Shown here piece by piece: positions 1-9,340 of a stretch of 64,000 bases of DNA. A program made the position numbers and the translations under genes. The DNA comes from an uncultured Treponemataceae bacterium (lineage in GTDB: Bacteria > Spirochaetota > Spirochaetia > Treponematales > Treponemataceae): contig CAYJIS010000002.1 of the NCBI GenBank assembly GCA_964370315.1, positions 35,753-99,752 on the forward strand, in the 5' to 3' direction. A model generated the notes under the pieces. It did no database searches and had not been told where the DNA came from. It worked only from the letters and a program-made list of their open reading frames with translations. The number at the start of each line of letters is the position of its first letter. The stretch's first letter is position 1.

Positions 1-389
1 TCACATACAACACGTGTGATACCGCAATTTATTATTAACATAGCACATGTTCTACAAGGAGTCATTTTACAATAAACGGTTGCACCTGCAAGAGGAATAC
101 CATGCCGGGCCGCTTGACAAATTGCATTTTGCTCTGCATGCACAGTTCTAACACAGTGATTTGTTTCACTGCCGTCTTCATGTACCATCTTTTTCATTTG
201 GTGGCCAACATCGTCACAATGGGGAAATCCAACGGGTGATCCAACATAGCCTGTTACCAGTATTTGATTATCCCGAGCAATAACACAGCCTGACTTACCT
301 CTATCACAGGTTGCCCTTTTTGCAATGGTACGGGCAACTTCCATAAAATATTCATCCCATGTTGGTCGTTTTTCAGCTTCGCTCATCAT
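1..389 (-). CDS. dCMP deaminase (cytidine/deoxycytidylate deaminase family). Only the N-terminal part is present; the C-terminus lies beyond the window edge.
   Basis: Not in the ORF track because it runs off the window. My minus-strand translation from the ATG at 389 reads MMSEAEKRPTWDEYFMEVARTIAKRATCDRGKSGCVIARDNQILVTGYVGSP...VHAEQNAICQAARHGIPLAGATVYCKMTPCRTCAMLIINCGITRVVC. It carries the zinc-ligand motifs HAE and PCxxC. Confidence 0.85.
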   Translation of the reverse strand, partial: MMSEAEKRPTWDEYFMEVARTIAKRATCDRGKSGCVIARDNQILVTGYVGSPVGFPHCDDVGHQMKKMVHEDGSETNHCVRTVHAEQNAICQAARHGIPLAGATVYCKMTPCRTCAMLIINCGITRVVC

Positions 390-403
390 TATAACTCCTT
401 TTT

Positions 404-2392
404 CTATTTAAATGCTTTTTTTATTTGCTCTATTTCATCTCTCAGCAAAGCAGCTTCTTCAAATTCTAAGCGTTCTGCGTGTTCATGCATTTGCTTTTCC
501 ATAAATTTTAATAGTTTCTTGCGTTGTCCAGGAATGAACATATTTGTTGCGTCCTTTATAACAGAAAGCTCTGTAAATACCGCTTCTTTTTTCTCTTCAT
601 TTTGGCGCACTAAAATATCTTCTATGGCTTTTGCAACTGTTGCTGGGGTTATACCATGCTTTTCATTGTACTCTTCTTGTATTTTACGTCTACGCTGCGT
701 TTCTTCTATTGCATCTTTCATTGCAGGACTCATTTTATCGGCGTACATTACAACTCGCCCTTCACTATTTCTGGCAGCCCGTCCTATAATCTGAACCAAA
801 CTTGTTGTAGAGCGTAAAAAGCCAATTTTGTCGGCGTCCAAAATAGCAATAAATGATACTTCTGGAAGGTCAATTCCTTCTCTTAAAAGGTTAATTCCTA
901 CAAGGACATCGAACTCACCCGCACGAAGACCTTTTAAGATTTCAACACGTTCAATCGTCTCAACTTCTGAGTGAATATATTTTACCTTGAGGTTTAATTC
1001 GTCAAGATAGTCTGTTAAGTCTTCTGCCATTTTTTTAGTGAGTGTTAGAATCAAACTTCTTTCGTTTCTTTCTATACGCCTTTTGACCTCAAGATAAATG
1101 TCTTGCATTTGCCCTTCGCTTGGTCGGACTTCTACAAGAGGATCTAAAAGTCCAGTTGGGCGAATTAGCTGTTCAACTACTCGCACACTTTTTTGAAGCT
1201 CCATATCTCTAGGAGTTGCAGAAACATATAAGGTTTGATTTAGTTTTTCTTCAAACTCTGCAAATCGTAATGGCCGATTATCTAGGGCACTTGGAAGCCT
1301 AAATCCAAAGTTTACAAGGTTTGTTTTTCTGCTTTTATCACCTTCATACATAGCACCAATTTGCGAAAGAGTTACGTGAGATTCATCAACAATACATAAA
1401 AAGTCATCGGGAAAATAATGCAACAGTGTTGCAGGTGGTTGTCCAGAGGTGCGCCCCGTAATAGGACCTGAATAATTTTCGATACCTGGGCAGTAACCCA
1501 TTTCACTCATCATTTCAAGGTCGTAGGTGGTGCGAGTTTTTAAACGTTCTGCTTCCATAATTTTTCCCTGGCTTTGAAAAAACTCAACTTGCATTTCCAT
1601 TTCATTACGTATACGCTCTTCTGCTTCTTTGATCATTTCGGGAGGAACAATAAAGTGCTTAGCTGGGTACAGCATAAGTTCATCCATGTCTTCTCGAATA
1701 TCGCCCGAAATGGGGTCAAAACGGCGGATTCTCACCACTTCTTCCCAGTCAAGCTCAATGCGATAGGCTTCATGCATGTAAGCAGGAAAAATCTCAAGCA
1801 CATCGCCTCGAATTCTAAAGTTTCCGCGCTCTAAAATAGCATCATTTCTGTCATACTGTAGGCTTACCAGCTTTCGAGCAAATTTTTCAGGCGTAAGCGT
1901 GTGCCCCTTTTCAATATGAATGCTTAAATCTCGATAGATTTCGGGCATTCCTAAACCGTAAATACACGAAACCGTTGCGATTACAATAACGTCGCGGCGC
2001 TCTACAAGCGAATATGTTGCACTAAGGCGCAAACGATCTATTTCGTCATTAATTGATGCATCTTTTTCTATATACAGATCGCGTGCAGGCACATAAGCTT
2101 CCGGCTGATAGTAATCGTAATATGATACAAAGTACTCAACAGCATTATTTGGAAAAAAACTTTTAAACTCGCGATACAACTGTGCAGAAAGTGTTTTATT
2201 GTGACTAATAACAAGAGTAGGACGTTGAACCTTTTCAATTACCTTTGCCATGGTAAAGGTTTTTCCGGAGCCCGTTACCCCTTTTAAGGTTTGTGCTTTA
2301 TCTCCATTAATAAAACCTTGTGCTAAGGCTTCAATAGCGGCGGGCTGATCCCCTGATGGCTCAAAACTTGATTCTACTTTAAATGGTCTCAT
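404..2392 (-). CDS. uvrB: Excinuclease ABC subunit B
   Basis: 662 aa. Walker A GVTGSGKT, helicase motifs (DESH, beta-hairpin region YYDYYQPEAY) and a C-terminal UVR domain (EEAALLRDEIEQIKK). Confidence 0.97.
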   Translation of the reverse strand: MRPFKVESSFEPSGDQPAAIEALAQGFINGDKAQTLKGVTGSGKTFTMAKVIEKVQRPTLVISHNKTLSAQLYREFKSFFPNNAVEYFVSYYDYYQPEAYVPARDLYIEKDASINDEIDRLRLSATYSLVERRDVIVIATVSCIYGLGMPEIYRDLSIHIEKGHTLTPEKFARKLVSLQYDRNDAILERGNFRIRGDVLEIFPAYMHEAYRIELDWEEVVRIRRFDPISGDIREDMDELMLYPAKHFIVPPEMIKEAEERIRNEMEMQVEFFQSQGKIMEAERLKTRTTYDLEMMSEMGYCPGIENYSGPITGRTSGQPPATLLHYFPDDFLCIVDESHVTLSQIGAMYEGDKSRKTNLVNFGFRLPSALDNRPLRFAEFEEKLNQTLYVSATPRDMELQKSVRVVEQLIRPTGLLDPLVEVRPSEGQMQDIYLEVKRRIERNERSLILTLTKKMAEDLTDYLDELNLKVKYIHSEVETIERVEILKGLRAGEFDVLVGINLLREGIDLPEVSFIAILDADKIGFLRSTTSLVQIIGRAARNSEGRVVMYADKMSPAMKDAIEETQRRRKIQEEYNEKHGITPATVAKAIEDILVRQNEEKKEAVFTELSVIKDATNMFIPGQRKKLLKFMEKQMHEHAERLEFEEAALLRDEIEQIKKAFK

Positions 2393-2395
2393 ATA

Positions 2396-3658
2396 TCAAC
2401 TCTCATTTGCAGCGGATAACCTCAATGTAATTGAAAGCTCTTGTCGCCCTCTTTGAACTCCAAGTGTAACGCTGTCACCTTGTTTTTTGCTTTCTAAAAG
2501 TGAATAGTAATCTGCAAATGAACTAATCGCAGCTCCATCAATTGATGTAATTACATCTCCGCCAAGATAAATAATTACCGCATTTCTCCCGCTTCCATAA
2601 CGAACACCTTCTGTTCCGGCTTTCAAACCAGCCCTTTCTGCTGCACCTCCCTCAGTGAGCTCTGAAACTAAAAGTCCATGTGATACGGAAAGCTTTGCAT
2701 AAGAAGCAATAGAATTTGTTACTTGCACTAAGCGGACATTTGGATCTATAACACCTCTTTTCACAACTCCATGCTCTATAAGATCAGCAACAACTCTTTT
2801 TGCCGTATCAATTGGGACTGCAAATCCAATACCCGAGGACACCCCACTCGATGAAAAAATTATAGTATTTACACCCACCATTTTTCCCTGCGAATCTAAG
2901 AGAGGCCCTCCTGAATTTCCCGGGTTTATCGCAGTATCTGTTTGAACCATATCTCGAATAATTGTTTGGTTAGAAGTTTGTATGGGTCGTCCAAGAGCTG
3001 AAACTATTCCCGTAGTCATAGTTCTTTCAAAACCAAAAGGATTTCCAATTGCTATTACTTTTTGTCCAACAACTAAATCTCCAGAACTACCAAAATCTAT
3101 TGTAGGAAGAGCTAACCCTTGTGGTGGATCAAACTTTAACACTGCTAAATCACTTGCCCTATCTGTTCCAATTACTTCACCTTCATATTGCGTGCCATCT
3201 GACAAAGAAATATAAATTCTATAGGCATCTTCAATTACGTGTACATTTGTAACAACATATCCACGAGAATCAATTATAGACCCAGACCCAGATCCACCTT
3301 CATATGGCATAGCTTCCAAAAACCAATTTATCCCCATAATTTCGGTTGTAATATTTACAACAGCTGGGGCATTCTGCTCGTATATACGTATATTTTGAAT
3401 TTCATCTTGCGTGTAATCTTGATAATTTATAACCGGCTGGGCATGATCTTGTATACTGCTAATTTCAGGATCTGAACCCTTAAAAGGATACAAGCTATTT
3501 TCTAAAGCTACAATTTGTTTTTGAAGATCTTCAAGTGTATGTTGTGCATCTTTACTACTATTTCCAAAAAGCACAGCGCCGAGAATAAGCCCAACTACCA
3601 TAAAACTTGCACAAATAATAAGTGTAAAAAGAATGTGTTTTTTTAGATACCGTCGCAT
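2396..3658 (-). CDS. htrA: HtrA/DegP-family (S1C) serine protease with one PDZ domain and an N-terminal membrane anchor
   Basis: 420 aa. Catalytic triad contexts VVTNVHVIED, DLAVLK and GNSGGPLLD. PDZ-like C-terminus (GDVITSIDG). The stop lies 3 nt upstream of the uvrB start. Confidence 0.9.
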   Translation of the reverse strand: MRRYLKKHILFTLIICASFMVVGLILGAVLFGNSSKDAQHTLEDLQKQIVALENSLYPFKGSDPEISSIQDHAQPVINYQDYTQDEIQNIRIYEQNAPAVVNITTEIMGINWFLEAMPYEGGSGSGSIIDSRGYVVTNVHVIEDAYRIYISLSDGTQYEGEVIGTDRASDLAVLKFDPPQGLALPTIDFGSSGDLVVGQKVIAIGNPFGFERTMTTGIVSALGRPIQTSNQTIIRDMVQTDTAINPGNSGGPLLDSQGKMVGVNTIIFSSSGVSSGIGFAVPIDTAKRVVADLIEHGVVKRGVIDPNVRLVQVTNSIASYAKLSVSHGLLVSELTEGGAAERAGLKAGTEGVRYGSGRNAVIIYLGGDVITSIDGAAISSFADYYSLLESKKQGDSVTLGVQRGRQELSITLRLSAANES

Positions 3659-3731
3659 ATATATAGTATACTACTCAAACGTAAAAATTTCCAGTACTAA
3701 ACTTGCTGTTTTCTAAACCTCTAACAACTTC

Positions 3732-3760
3732 TTGCGCACTCGGTATTTATGGTTTATACT
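3732..3760 (+). promoter_or_regulatory. Putative sigma70-type promoter for the first LA_2272-like gene
   Basis: TTGCGC, a 17-nt spacer, then TATACT. RBS AAGAGG lies 5 nt before the ATG at 3777. Confidence 0.4.
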
Positions 3761-3776
3761 TACCTAAGAGGCTGAT

Positions 3777-5186
3777 ATGAAAAAAATACTTATTTTTATT
3801 ACTTTACTTTACCTAACGAACACCTTAATAGCTCAAGAAAAAGAAAGAACCTTTCAGTTTAGCTTAGTGACCCCCTTAGGAACAAACTGGACAGATTCAC
3901 ACCTATACACTAACATATGGTCTCTTAATTTAATTGGTGGCTATAGTTATGCAAACACACTTTTTGAACTAGGTGGTATTTATAATATTAATACAGGTTA
4001 TACAAAAGGAACTCAAATTGCAGGTGTTTTCAATTACACCTCACACGCGGAAAACTTATTGCAATTTGCGGGAGGGGCAAATCTCGCCTTTGGGGGAAAC
4101 AATATTTTTCAATCAGCTCTAGGAGGAAATATTGCAAACAAAATTACTGGTGGTCAAATATCTGGCCTTGCGAATCTTTCAGGGGTGACACAAGGTTTTC
4201 AAATTTCGCAGTTTGGAAACCTCTCTCAATCCCTATATGGATTTCAGTTATCGGCCGTAAATTTATCAAACAATGCCATGGGACTACAAACAGCATGGAT
4301 AATGAATGCCGTAGCAGAAACTTTTCTAGGAGCCCAAATTGGTGTTGGTGCAAATGTACTTGGGGAAGGGGCAGGCGTTCAAATTGCAGGCGCAAAAAAC
4401 TATGCTGGTCAATTTTCAGGACTTCAAGTATCTGGATTTACAAATATTACAGGTAGTTTTACAGGATTGCAAATTGCTGGACTAGGAAACCTTACCTATT
4501 CTGTTGAAGGAGTACAGATAGCCGCATTGGCAAATCTGGGTGAAGCAGCAAAAGGATTACAACTAGCGGCCATTGTCAACACTTCAGTAGATATGCAAGG
4601 TAGTCAAATCGCTGGTATTTTTAATTTTGCAAAATCAATGCATGGTTTACAATTAGGCTTGATAAACTATGCAGAAACGACAAACGGTCTACAGATAGGC
4701 TTAGTTAACATTGTAAGATATGAAGGCAAAAAAGACCTAGAATTTTCTTATTCAGAGGCATTAGATACTACAGTTAGCTTCAAACTTGGCAGTAATCCTT
4801 TTTATACCATTTTTTCAGCAGGGATAAATTATATTAGTGAACCTCTTGAGTATGCTTGTGGTATAGGATTTGGAACTCAATTAAATTGGAACTATGGCTT
4901 TAGCAATCAAATTGAAGCAATTGCATACCAATTAACAGAAGATGGCCAATTTTCAAATGCACTCAACATGCTTACACAAGTGAAACTTTTAACTTCAAAG
5001 CAACTTGTTGGCGGATTAAATGCATTTGTTGGCCCTACATGGAATATGACAATTTCTCAGCACAAAGATGAAAATGGAAATATTGGTGCATCATTAAAAC
5101 CTTGGTCTTTATGGCAAAAAAACACCACTAATACCCACTTAAATATGTGGATTGGCTTTAGCGCAGGACTTTTCTATAGATTTTAA
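3777..5186 (+). CDS. LA_2272-like surface repeat protein (signal peptide, about 15-aa G-x-Q-[IL]-[AS]-G-x-x-N repeats, C-terminal barrel-like domain)
   Basis: 469 aa. N-terminal signal peptide MKKILIFITLLYLTNTLIAQ. Many tandem units such as GLQVSGFTNITGSFT, GLQIAGLGNLTYSVE, GVQIAALANLGEAAK, GLQLAAIVNTSVDMQ and GSQIAGIFNFAKSMH. Ends in the aromatic residues ...GLFYRF. Confidence 0.75.
   Translation: MKKILIFITLLYLTNTLIAQEKERTFQFSLVTPLGTNWTDSHLYTNIWSLNLIGGYSYANTLFELGGIYNINTGYTKGTQIAGVFNYTSHAENLLQFAGGANLAFGGNNIFQSALGGNIANKITGGQISGLANLSGVTQGFQISQFGNLSQSLYGFQLSAVNLSNNAMGLQTAWIMNAVAETFLGAQIGVGANVLGEGAGVQIAGAKNYAGQFSGLQVSGFTNITGSFTGLQIAGLGNLTYSVEGVQIAALANLGEAAKGLQLAAIVNTSVDMQGSQIAGIFNFAKSMHGLQLGLINYAETTNGLQIGLVNIVRYEGKKDLEFSYSEALDTTVSFKLGSNPFYTIFSAGINYISEPLEYACGIGFGTQLNWNYGFSNQIEAIAYQLTEDGQFSNALNMLTQVKLLTSKQLVGGLNAFVGPTWNMTISQHKDENGNIGASLKPWSLWQKNTTNTHLNMWIGFSAGLFYRF
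3858..3957 (+). repeat. 100-nt block perfectly identical to 5368-5467 (5' coding module shared by the tandem paralogs)
   Basis: Direct comparison of the two gene starts. I counted about 7 mismatches in the first roughly 186 nt, and 100 consecutive identical nt. Identity drops sharply after codon 61. Confidence 0.9.
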
Positions 5187-5232
5187 TTATACTCGTTAAT
5201 ATTGACTCGTTACTAAAACATTTTTTCTTTAC

Positions 5233-5261
5233 TTGAATAATAGAACTTTTTAGATTATACT
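5233..5261 (+). promoter_or_regulatory. Putative sigma70-type promoter for the second LA_2272-like gene
   Basis: TTGAAT, a 17-nt spacer, then TATACT. RBS TAGGAG lies upstream of the ATG at 5287. Confidence 0.4.
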
Positions 5262-5286
5262 TTATATATAGATATAGGAGACTATT

Positions 5287-6336
5287 ATGAAAAAAGTACT
5301 TATTTTTATTGCCTTACTTTACCTAACGAGCACCTTAGTAGCTCAAGAAAAAGAGAGAACCTTTCAATTTAGCTTAGTGACCCCCTTAGGAACAAACTGG
5401 ACAGATTCACACCTATACACTAACATATGGTCTCTTAATTTAATTGGTGGCTATAGTTATGCAAACAAAGCCGTTGAACTGGGAGGGTTATACAACTTCA
5501 ACTCGGGATTTACACAAGGTTTTCAAGCAGCAGGATTATTAAATTATACCGGAAATAGTGTAAACGCATTTCAGCTTGCAGGATTTGCAAACCTTTCCTT
5601 ATCTGGTAATTCAAGTCTTCAACTTGCAGGAATTGGAAACTTGGGCGAAAACACAACAGGCCTGCAGGGTGCAGGAATCATCAATATAGGAGCAAATATT
5701 ACAGGCGTACAAGTGGCAGGTGTAATGAACTTTGCAGATTATGTTACCGGAATACAGATAGCTCCAACTTTTAATATTGCAAAGTCTGTAAAAGGTGTTC
5801 AAGTTGGTCTTGTAAATTATGCCGAAGACATTGATGGGGTCCAAATTGGACTTATAAATGTTGTTGAAAACGGAGGAAAACAAGAAATAGAGATTTCTTC
5901 TTCTGAAGTCTTACACGGTGTTATTTCCTTTAAACTTGGAACAGATACCTTATATACTATTTTTTCCAGTGGTACTTACTTCTTGAATTATGATTTTGAA
6001 TACGGAGCAGGTATTGGCTTTGGCACACAATTAAACTGGAACAATGGGTGGAATAACCAAATCGAAGCAATTCATTATGCTATTTCGAGGGATGCAAGTT
6101 TTGAAACAATTCCCAATTCGCTTAATCAGGTAAAACTGTTAACAAGCAAAAACCTTATTGGTGGATTAAATATTTTTGCGGGCCCTGTTTTCAATTTAGA
6201 AATTCTTTATAAGTACAAAGTGGATGGAAGCTTCGGTGAATCGATTGCCCCTTGGGTTTTCTGGAACGTAAAAAATGAGCAAAACCACTTTAATATGTGG
6301 GTTGGATTTAACGTAGGCTTATCATATAGACTATAA
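5287..6336 (+). CDS. LA_2272-like surface repeat protein, shorter paralog
   Basis: 349 aa. The first 61 residues are nearly identical to the 3777 gene. It has the same GxQxAGxxN repeat type but fewer units. The C-terminal domain is homologous (GFGTQLNWN..NQIEAI...VKLLTSK) and ends ...GLSYRL. Confidence 0.75.
   Translation: MKKVLIFIALLYLTSTLVAQEKERTFQFSLVTPLGTNWTDSHLYTNIWSLNLIGGYSYANKAVELGGLYNFNSGFTQGFQAAGLLNYTGNSVNAFQLAGFANLSLSGNSSLQLAGIGNLGENTTGLQGAGIINIGANITGVQVAGVMNFADYVTGIQIAPTFNIAKSVKGVQVGLVNYAEDIDGVQIGLINVVENGGKQEIEISSSEVLHGVISFKLGTDTLYTIFSSGTYFLNYDFEYGAGIGFGTQLNWNNGWNNQIEAIHYAISRDASFETIPNSLNQVKLLTSKNLIGGLNIFAGPVFNLEILYKYKVDGSFGESIAPWVFWNVKNEQNHFNMWVGFNVGLSYRL
5368..5467 (+). repeat. 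Second copy of the 100-nt identical block (see 3858-3957)
   Basis: Same as 3858-3957. Confidence 0.9.
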
Positions 6337-6339
6337 AAC

Positions 6340-6642
6340 ATGAAAGAAGACTTTGATTCTCTTGCCCTTGCCATTGTAGAAGAGATTCCACTTGGCAAGG
6401 TTTCAACCTACGGCTATATTGCAAGCCTTATGGGCTACCCCAAAAATTCCCGACATGTCGGTAAGGCATGCTCAAATGCATCCTATTATGGAGAGTTTCC
6501 GTGTCACAGGGTAGTAAACTCACAAGGAAGATGCGCCCCTAGTTGGGATGAGCAACGTTTTTTATTAGAAGATGAAGGCGTGCGATTTAAAGAAAACGGT
6601 TGTGTAGATTTGAAAGAGCACTTATGGACAGGAGAGCAATGA
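6340..6642 (+). CDS. MGMT-family protein (methylated-DNA-[protein]-cysteine methyltransferase DNA-binding domain only)
   Basis: 100 aa. VSTYGYIA...PCHRVVNSQG contains the PCHRV active-site motif with the Cys retained. There is no N-terminal Ada/Ogt domain. Confidence 0.8.
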   Translation: MKEDFDSLALAIVEEIPLGKVSTYGYIASLMGYPKNSRHVGKACSNASYYGEFPCHRVVNSQGRCAPSWDEQRFLLEDEGVRFKENGCVDLKEHLWTGEQ

Positions 6643-6650
6643 TATAAAAC

Positions 6651-7859
6651 CTATCCTTTCCTCTCCTTATTTCTACCCTTTTTAAACTCATACATCCTGC
6701 TGTCTGCCAAATCAATTAATGAATCAATTGAAAGCTTATTCGTTTTATCTATCACAACAACACCATAACTAATTGAAGTGTCATATTCTTTTTTGTGTTT
6801 TTCTTTAAGTCTTACAACAGCCTCATGGCAATCTTGGGCGCTCTGCATCACATCAAGCTGCCTTATTTTGTTGCCTATAACGAGAAATTCATCTCCTCCA
6901 ATTCGAGCAATAATATCATAAGAAAAGCTTTCTTTTATACACTTTGTAGCATTTTTAATATACCAATCACCCTCTTCATGGCCATACGTATCATTAACTA
7001 TTTTTAATCCATCTAAATCGAGATACACCACATAGCAGTACTCTTTTTTTCCTATACTTTTTTGCAAAACATCCATTGCTATTTTTTTAACATAAAATCC
7101 CGTACAAAAATCTGTCTTCGCTTCTTCATTTAGTCTTTTTATCGTAACATTTTCAGACTCAATTTCAGCAGACGTGTCTTCGTACGTTTTAGATGCTTTT
7201 TTTAAGTTCGAATAAATAAAAACAATAAGCATAACAATTACAAAACTAATTAATGCTAAAAGCCCCGTTCTTATTTGATATATTGCATTAAAATGCCAAT
7301 CTCCTGTACCTATGTATAATGTTGGAATTGTTAATAGCTGCGTTATAGCTATAGCGCTTAATAATACACATGCTAATGTTAAGGTTGTTTTATCTTTAAA
7401 AATATAGATAACTGTATTTGAAATTAGTATTTTACTACTTATTAATATATAAGGGGTAACAATGATAAAAACAATAGCTGTTATCAAAATCTTATTATCT
7501 ATTACAGATAATATATCAATAATATCTTGCTGCCTATAAAGAGAAAAAATACCAATTACTAAAACCTTTAGACCAAAAAAGTTTATGATAAAGCACAGAA
7601 TAGAAGAAAGCGTAGTCATAAAGGGTTGTTTATATATTAGTTGCACTTCTACACCTAACACTAGAAAAAAAACTATCATAAACAATTCTTCGTGAATAAA
7701 GTTAAAACTAAAAAAAGGCGTATAAATCAAAAAACTATTCAAAATAATAACTAATATCACATTTTGAATTTTTGCCATTGCAATACCATAAATTCGAGAA
7801 AGCCAAAACATAACACACAACATATACATTACATATGCAACACAAGTAAAAATAAACAT
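6651..7859 (-). CDS. Polytopic membrane GGDEF-domain diguanylate cyclase, type A (no I-site)
   Basis: 402 aa. The N-terminal half of about 220 aa is multi-TM, followed by a coiled linker. GGDEF domain: LDLDGLKIVNDTYGHEEGDWY...ARIGGDEFLV. The residues 5 positions upstream of GGDEF read FSYD, not RxxD. The start lies 1 nt after the stop of the upstream gene. Confidence 0.88.
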   Translation of the reverse strand: MFIFTCVAYVMYMLCVMFWLSRIYGIAMAKIQNVILVIILNSFLIYTPFFSFNFIHEELFMIVFFLVLGVEVQLIYKQPFMTTLSSILCFIINFFGLKVLVIGIFSLYRQQDIIDILSVIDNKILITAIVFIIVTPYILISSKILISNTVIYIFKDKTTLTLACVLLSAIAITQLLTIPTLYIGTGDWHFNAIYQIRTGLLALISFVIVMLIVFIYSNLKKASKTYEDTSAEIESENVTIKRLNEEAKTDFCTGFYVKKIAMDVLQKSIGKKEYCYVVYLDLDGLKIVNDTYGHEEGDWYIKNATKCIKESFSYDIIARIGGDEFLVIGNKIRQLDVMQSAQDCHEAVVRLKEKHKKEYDTSISYGVVVIDKTNKLSIDSLIDLADSRMYEFKKGRNKERKG

Positions 7860-7860
7860 G

Positions 7861-9078
7861 CTATGTTCTCCTTTTCCTATAATAAAACTCTTTATCTTTT
7901 TTCATAAGATTATCAACTATATCTAAAACCTCTGTCCTTGTTTTTTTCTTCTCTCCCATCGCAAAGTACTTGTATCCTAAATTTGCATGCACAGTAAATA
8001 TTTCTTTTTCATCATGTTCTTTAATTAAATGTTGCATGCGATTAATGATAGATTGCAATATTTCATCCGTAACATCTGTTAAAATTACCACAAACTCATC
8101 TCCTCCTACCCGAGCCGAAAAATCGTCTTCTCGTATAGTCGCTCTCACAATGTTTGCAATGTCTATTAGGTACCGGTCACCTACTTTATGCCCAAAGGTA
8201 TCATTCACTGATTTTAAACCTGCCAAATCTGCATAAATTAGCCCAAAGTTATTATCTGAACTTTCACAAAGCTCATCAATTTTTCTATATATAAAACGCC
8301 TATTATAAAGCTTTGTTAAGTCATCGGTATATAGCTTATATTCTGTAGCAAGTTTCTTTTTTATTACTTGTCCATGTAAGGTAACTGCTTCATCGGCTTT
8401 TCGTTTGTAAGGATGTAAAACCATTATAAATGTATTAAAAAAGAACAGACTATAATACATAAGCAAAACAAAAAGAATTGTAATTACTGATGATAGGAAA
8501 AATTCTACAGTGTGAGGATTATTTGCTAGCACCCATGAATCTAACAAAACCACAAAAAATAAAAAACTTGATGTTCCGCCCATAATCTCTGAGTAAATCT
8601 TTGCAGTAGAAACCTCAAGTAACTTTGCAGCCGAAAGATATTTCTTTGCTAGTTCTAGAACTCCTATAAGAATTAAATACGTGATTGATAATGTTTGAAA
8701 AAATAATGAATGGTTATCATACATTTCTACCAATGTCATATTCAAAACTGCCCCAGTTATAATTAGAACAAGAAGATGTATAGAGGCTAGATTTATTAGA
8801 TAACTCGATGTTCCAAACAGAATTTGTCTAAAAGGAGCCTTTGAAACAAGTTTAAAAGTCACAAAATAAACCACATACGAAGCAATATACAAAGCAAAAA
8901 AAGGTAGGCCAAGATAGTACACAAAAGCGAAAACAAAAGTATTTATTACTGGAACAATAAAAAAAATTATTTTTCTTTTCGTCGGATATTTTAAAAGCGG
9001 TATAGCGAAGTGAAAAATAAAAAAACTATGGAGTATATAGATTGAAAAACCTATAAATTCAAAAACACGCACATTCAA
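7861..9078 (-). CDS. Polytopic membrane GGDEF-domain diguanylate cyclase, type B (RxxD I-site present)
   Basis: 405 aa. Multi-TM N-terminal half. DDLTKLYNRR...ADLAGLKSVNDTFGHKVGDRY...REDDFSARVGGDEFVV. TTG start preceded by AAGGA. Confidence 0.88.
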   Translation of the reverse strand: MNVRVFEFIGFSIYILHSFFIFHFAIPLLKYPTKRKIIFFIVPVINTFVFAFVYYLGLPFFALYIASYVVYFVTFKLVSKAPFRQILFGTSSYLINLASIHLLVLIITGAVLNMTLVEMYDNHSLFFQTLSITYLILIGVLELAKKYLSAAKLLEVSTAKIYSEIMGGTSSFLFFVVLLDSWVLANNPHTVEFFLSSVITILFVLLMYYSLFFFNTFIMVLHPYKRKADEAVTLHGQVIKKKLATEYKLYTDDLTKLYNRRFIYRKIDELCESSDNNFGLIYADLAGLKSVNDTFGHKVGDRYLIDIANIVRATIREDDFSARVGGDEFVVILTDVTDEILQSIINRMQHLIKEHDEKEIFTVHANLGYKYFAMGEKKKTRTEVLDIVDNLMKKDKEFYYRKRRT

Positions 9079-9340
9079 AATAAAATCCTTTAAATTGCCA
9101 GCAATTTAAAAAGTCAAAGCTTTTACGAATAATAGTCACAAATAACTTTTGTGATCTCAAGTGATAATCAAAGGTAAAAAATAATACCTTTTACCTATTT
9201 TCATCTTAAGAATACCGTTATTGTAAAAATTTGAGGATACTCATTATTTAAGTACAGTAATACCTCTGTGCGTGTTTTTCGATATTTGTTATATTATATA
9301 TCAATTATGTTTAAAAGTAAACCTACTAATTTTTAATGAA

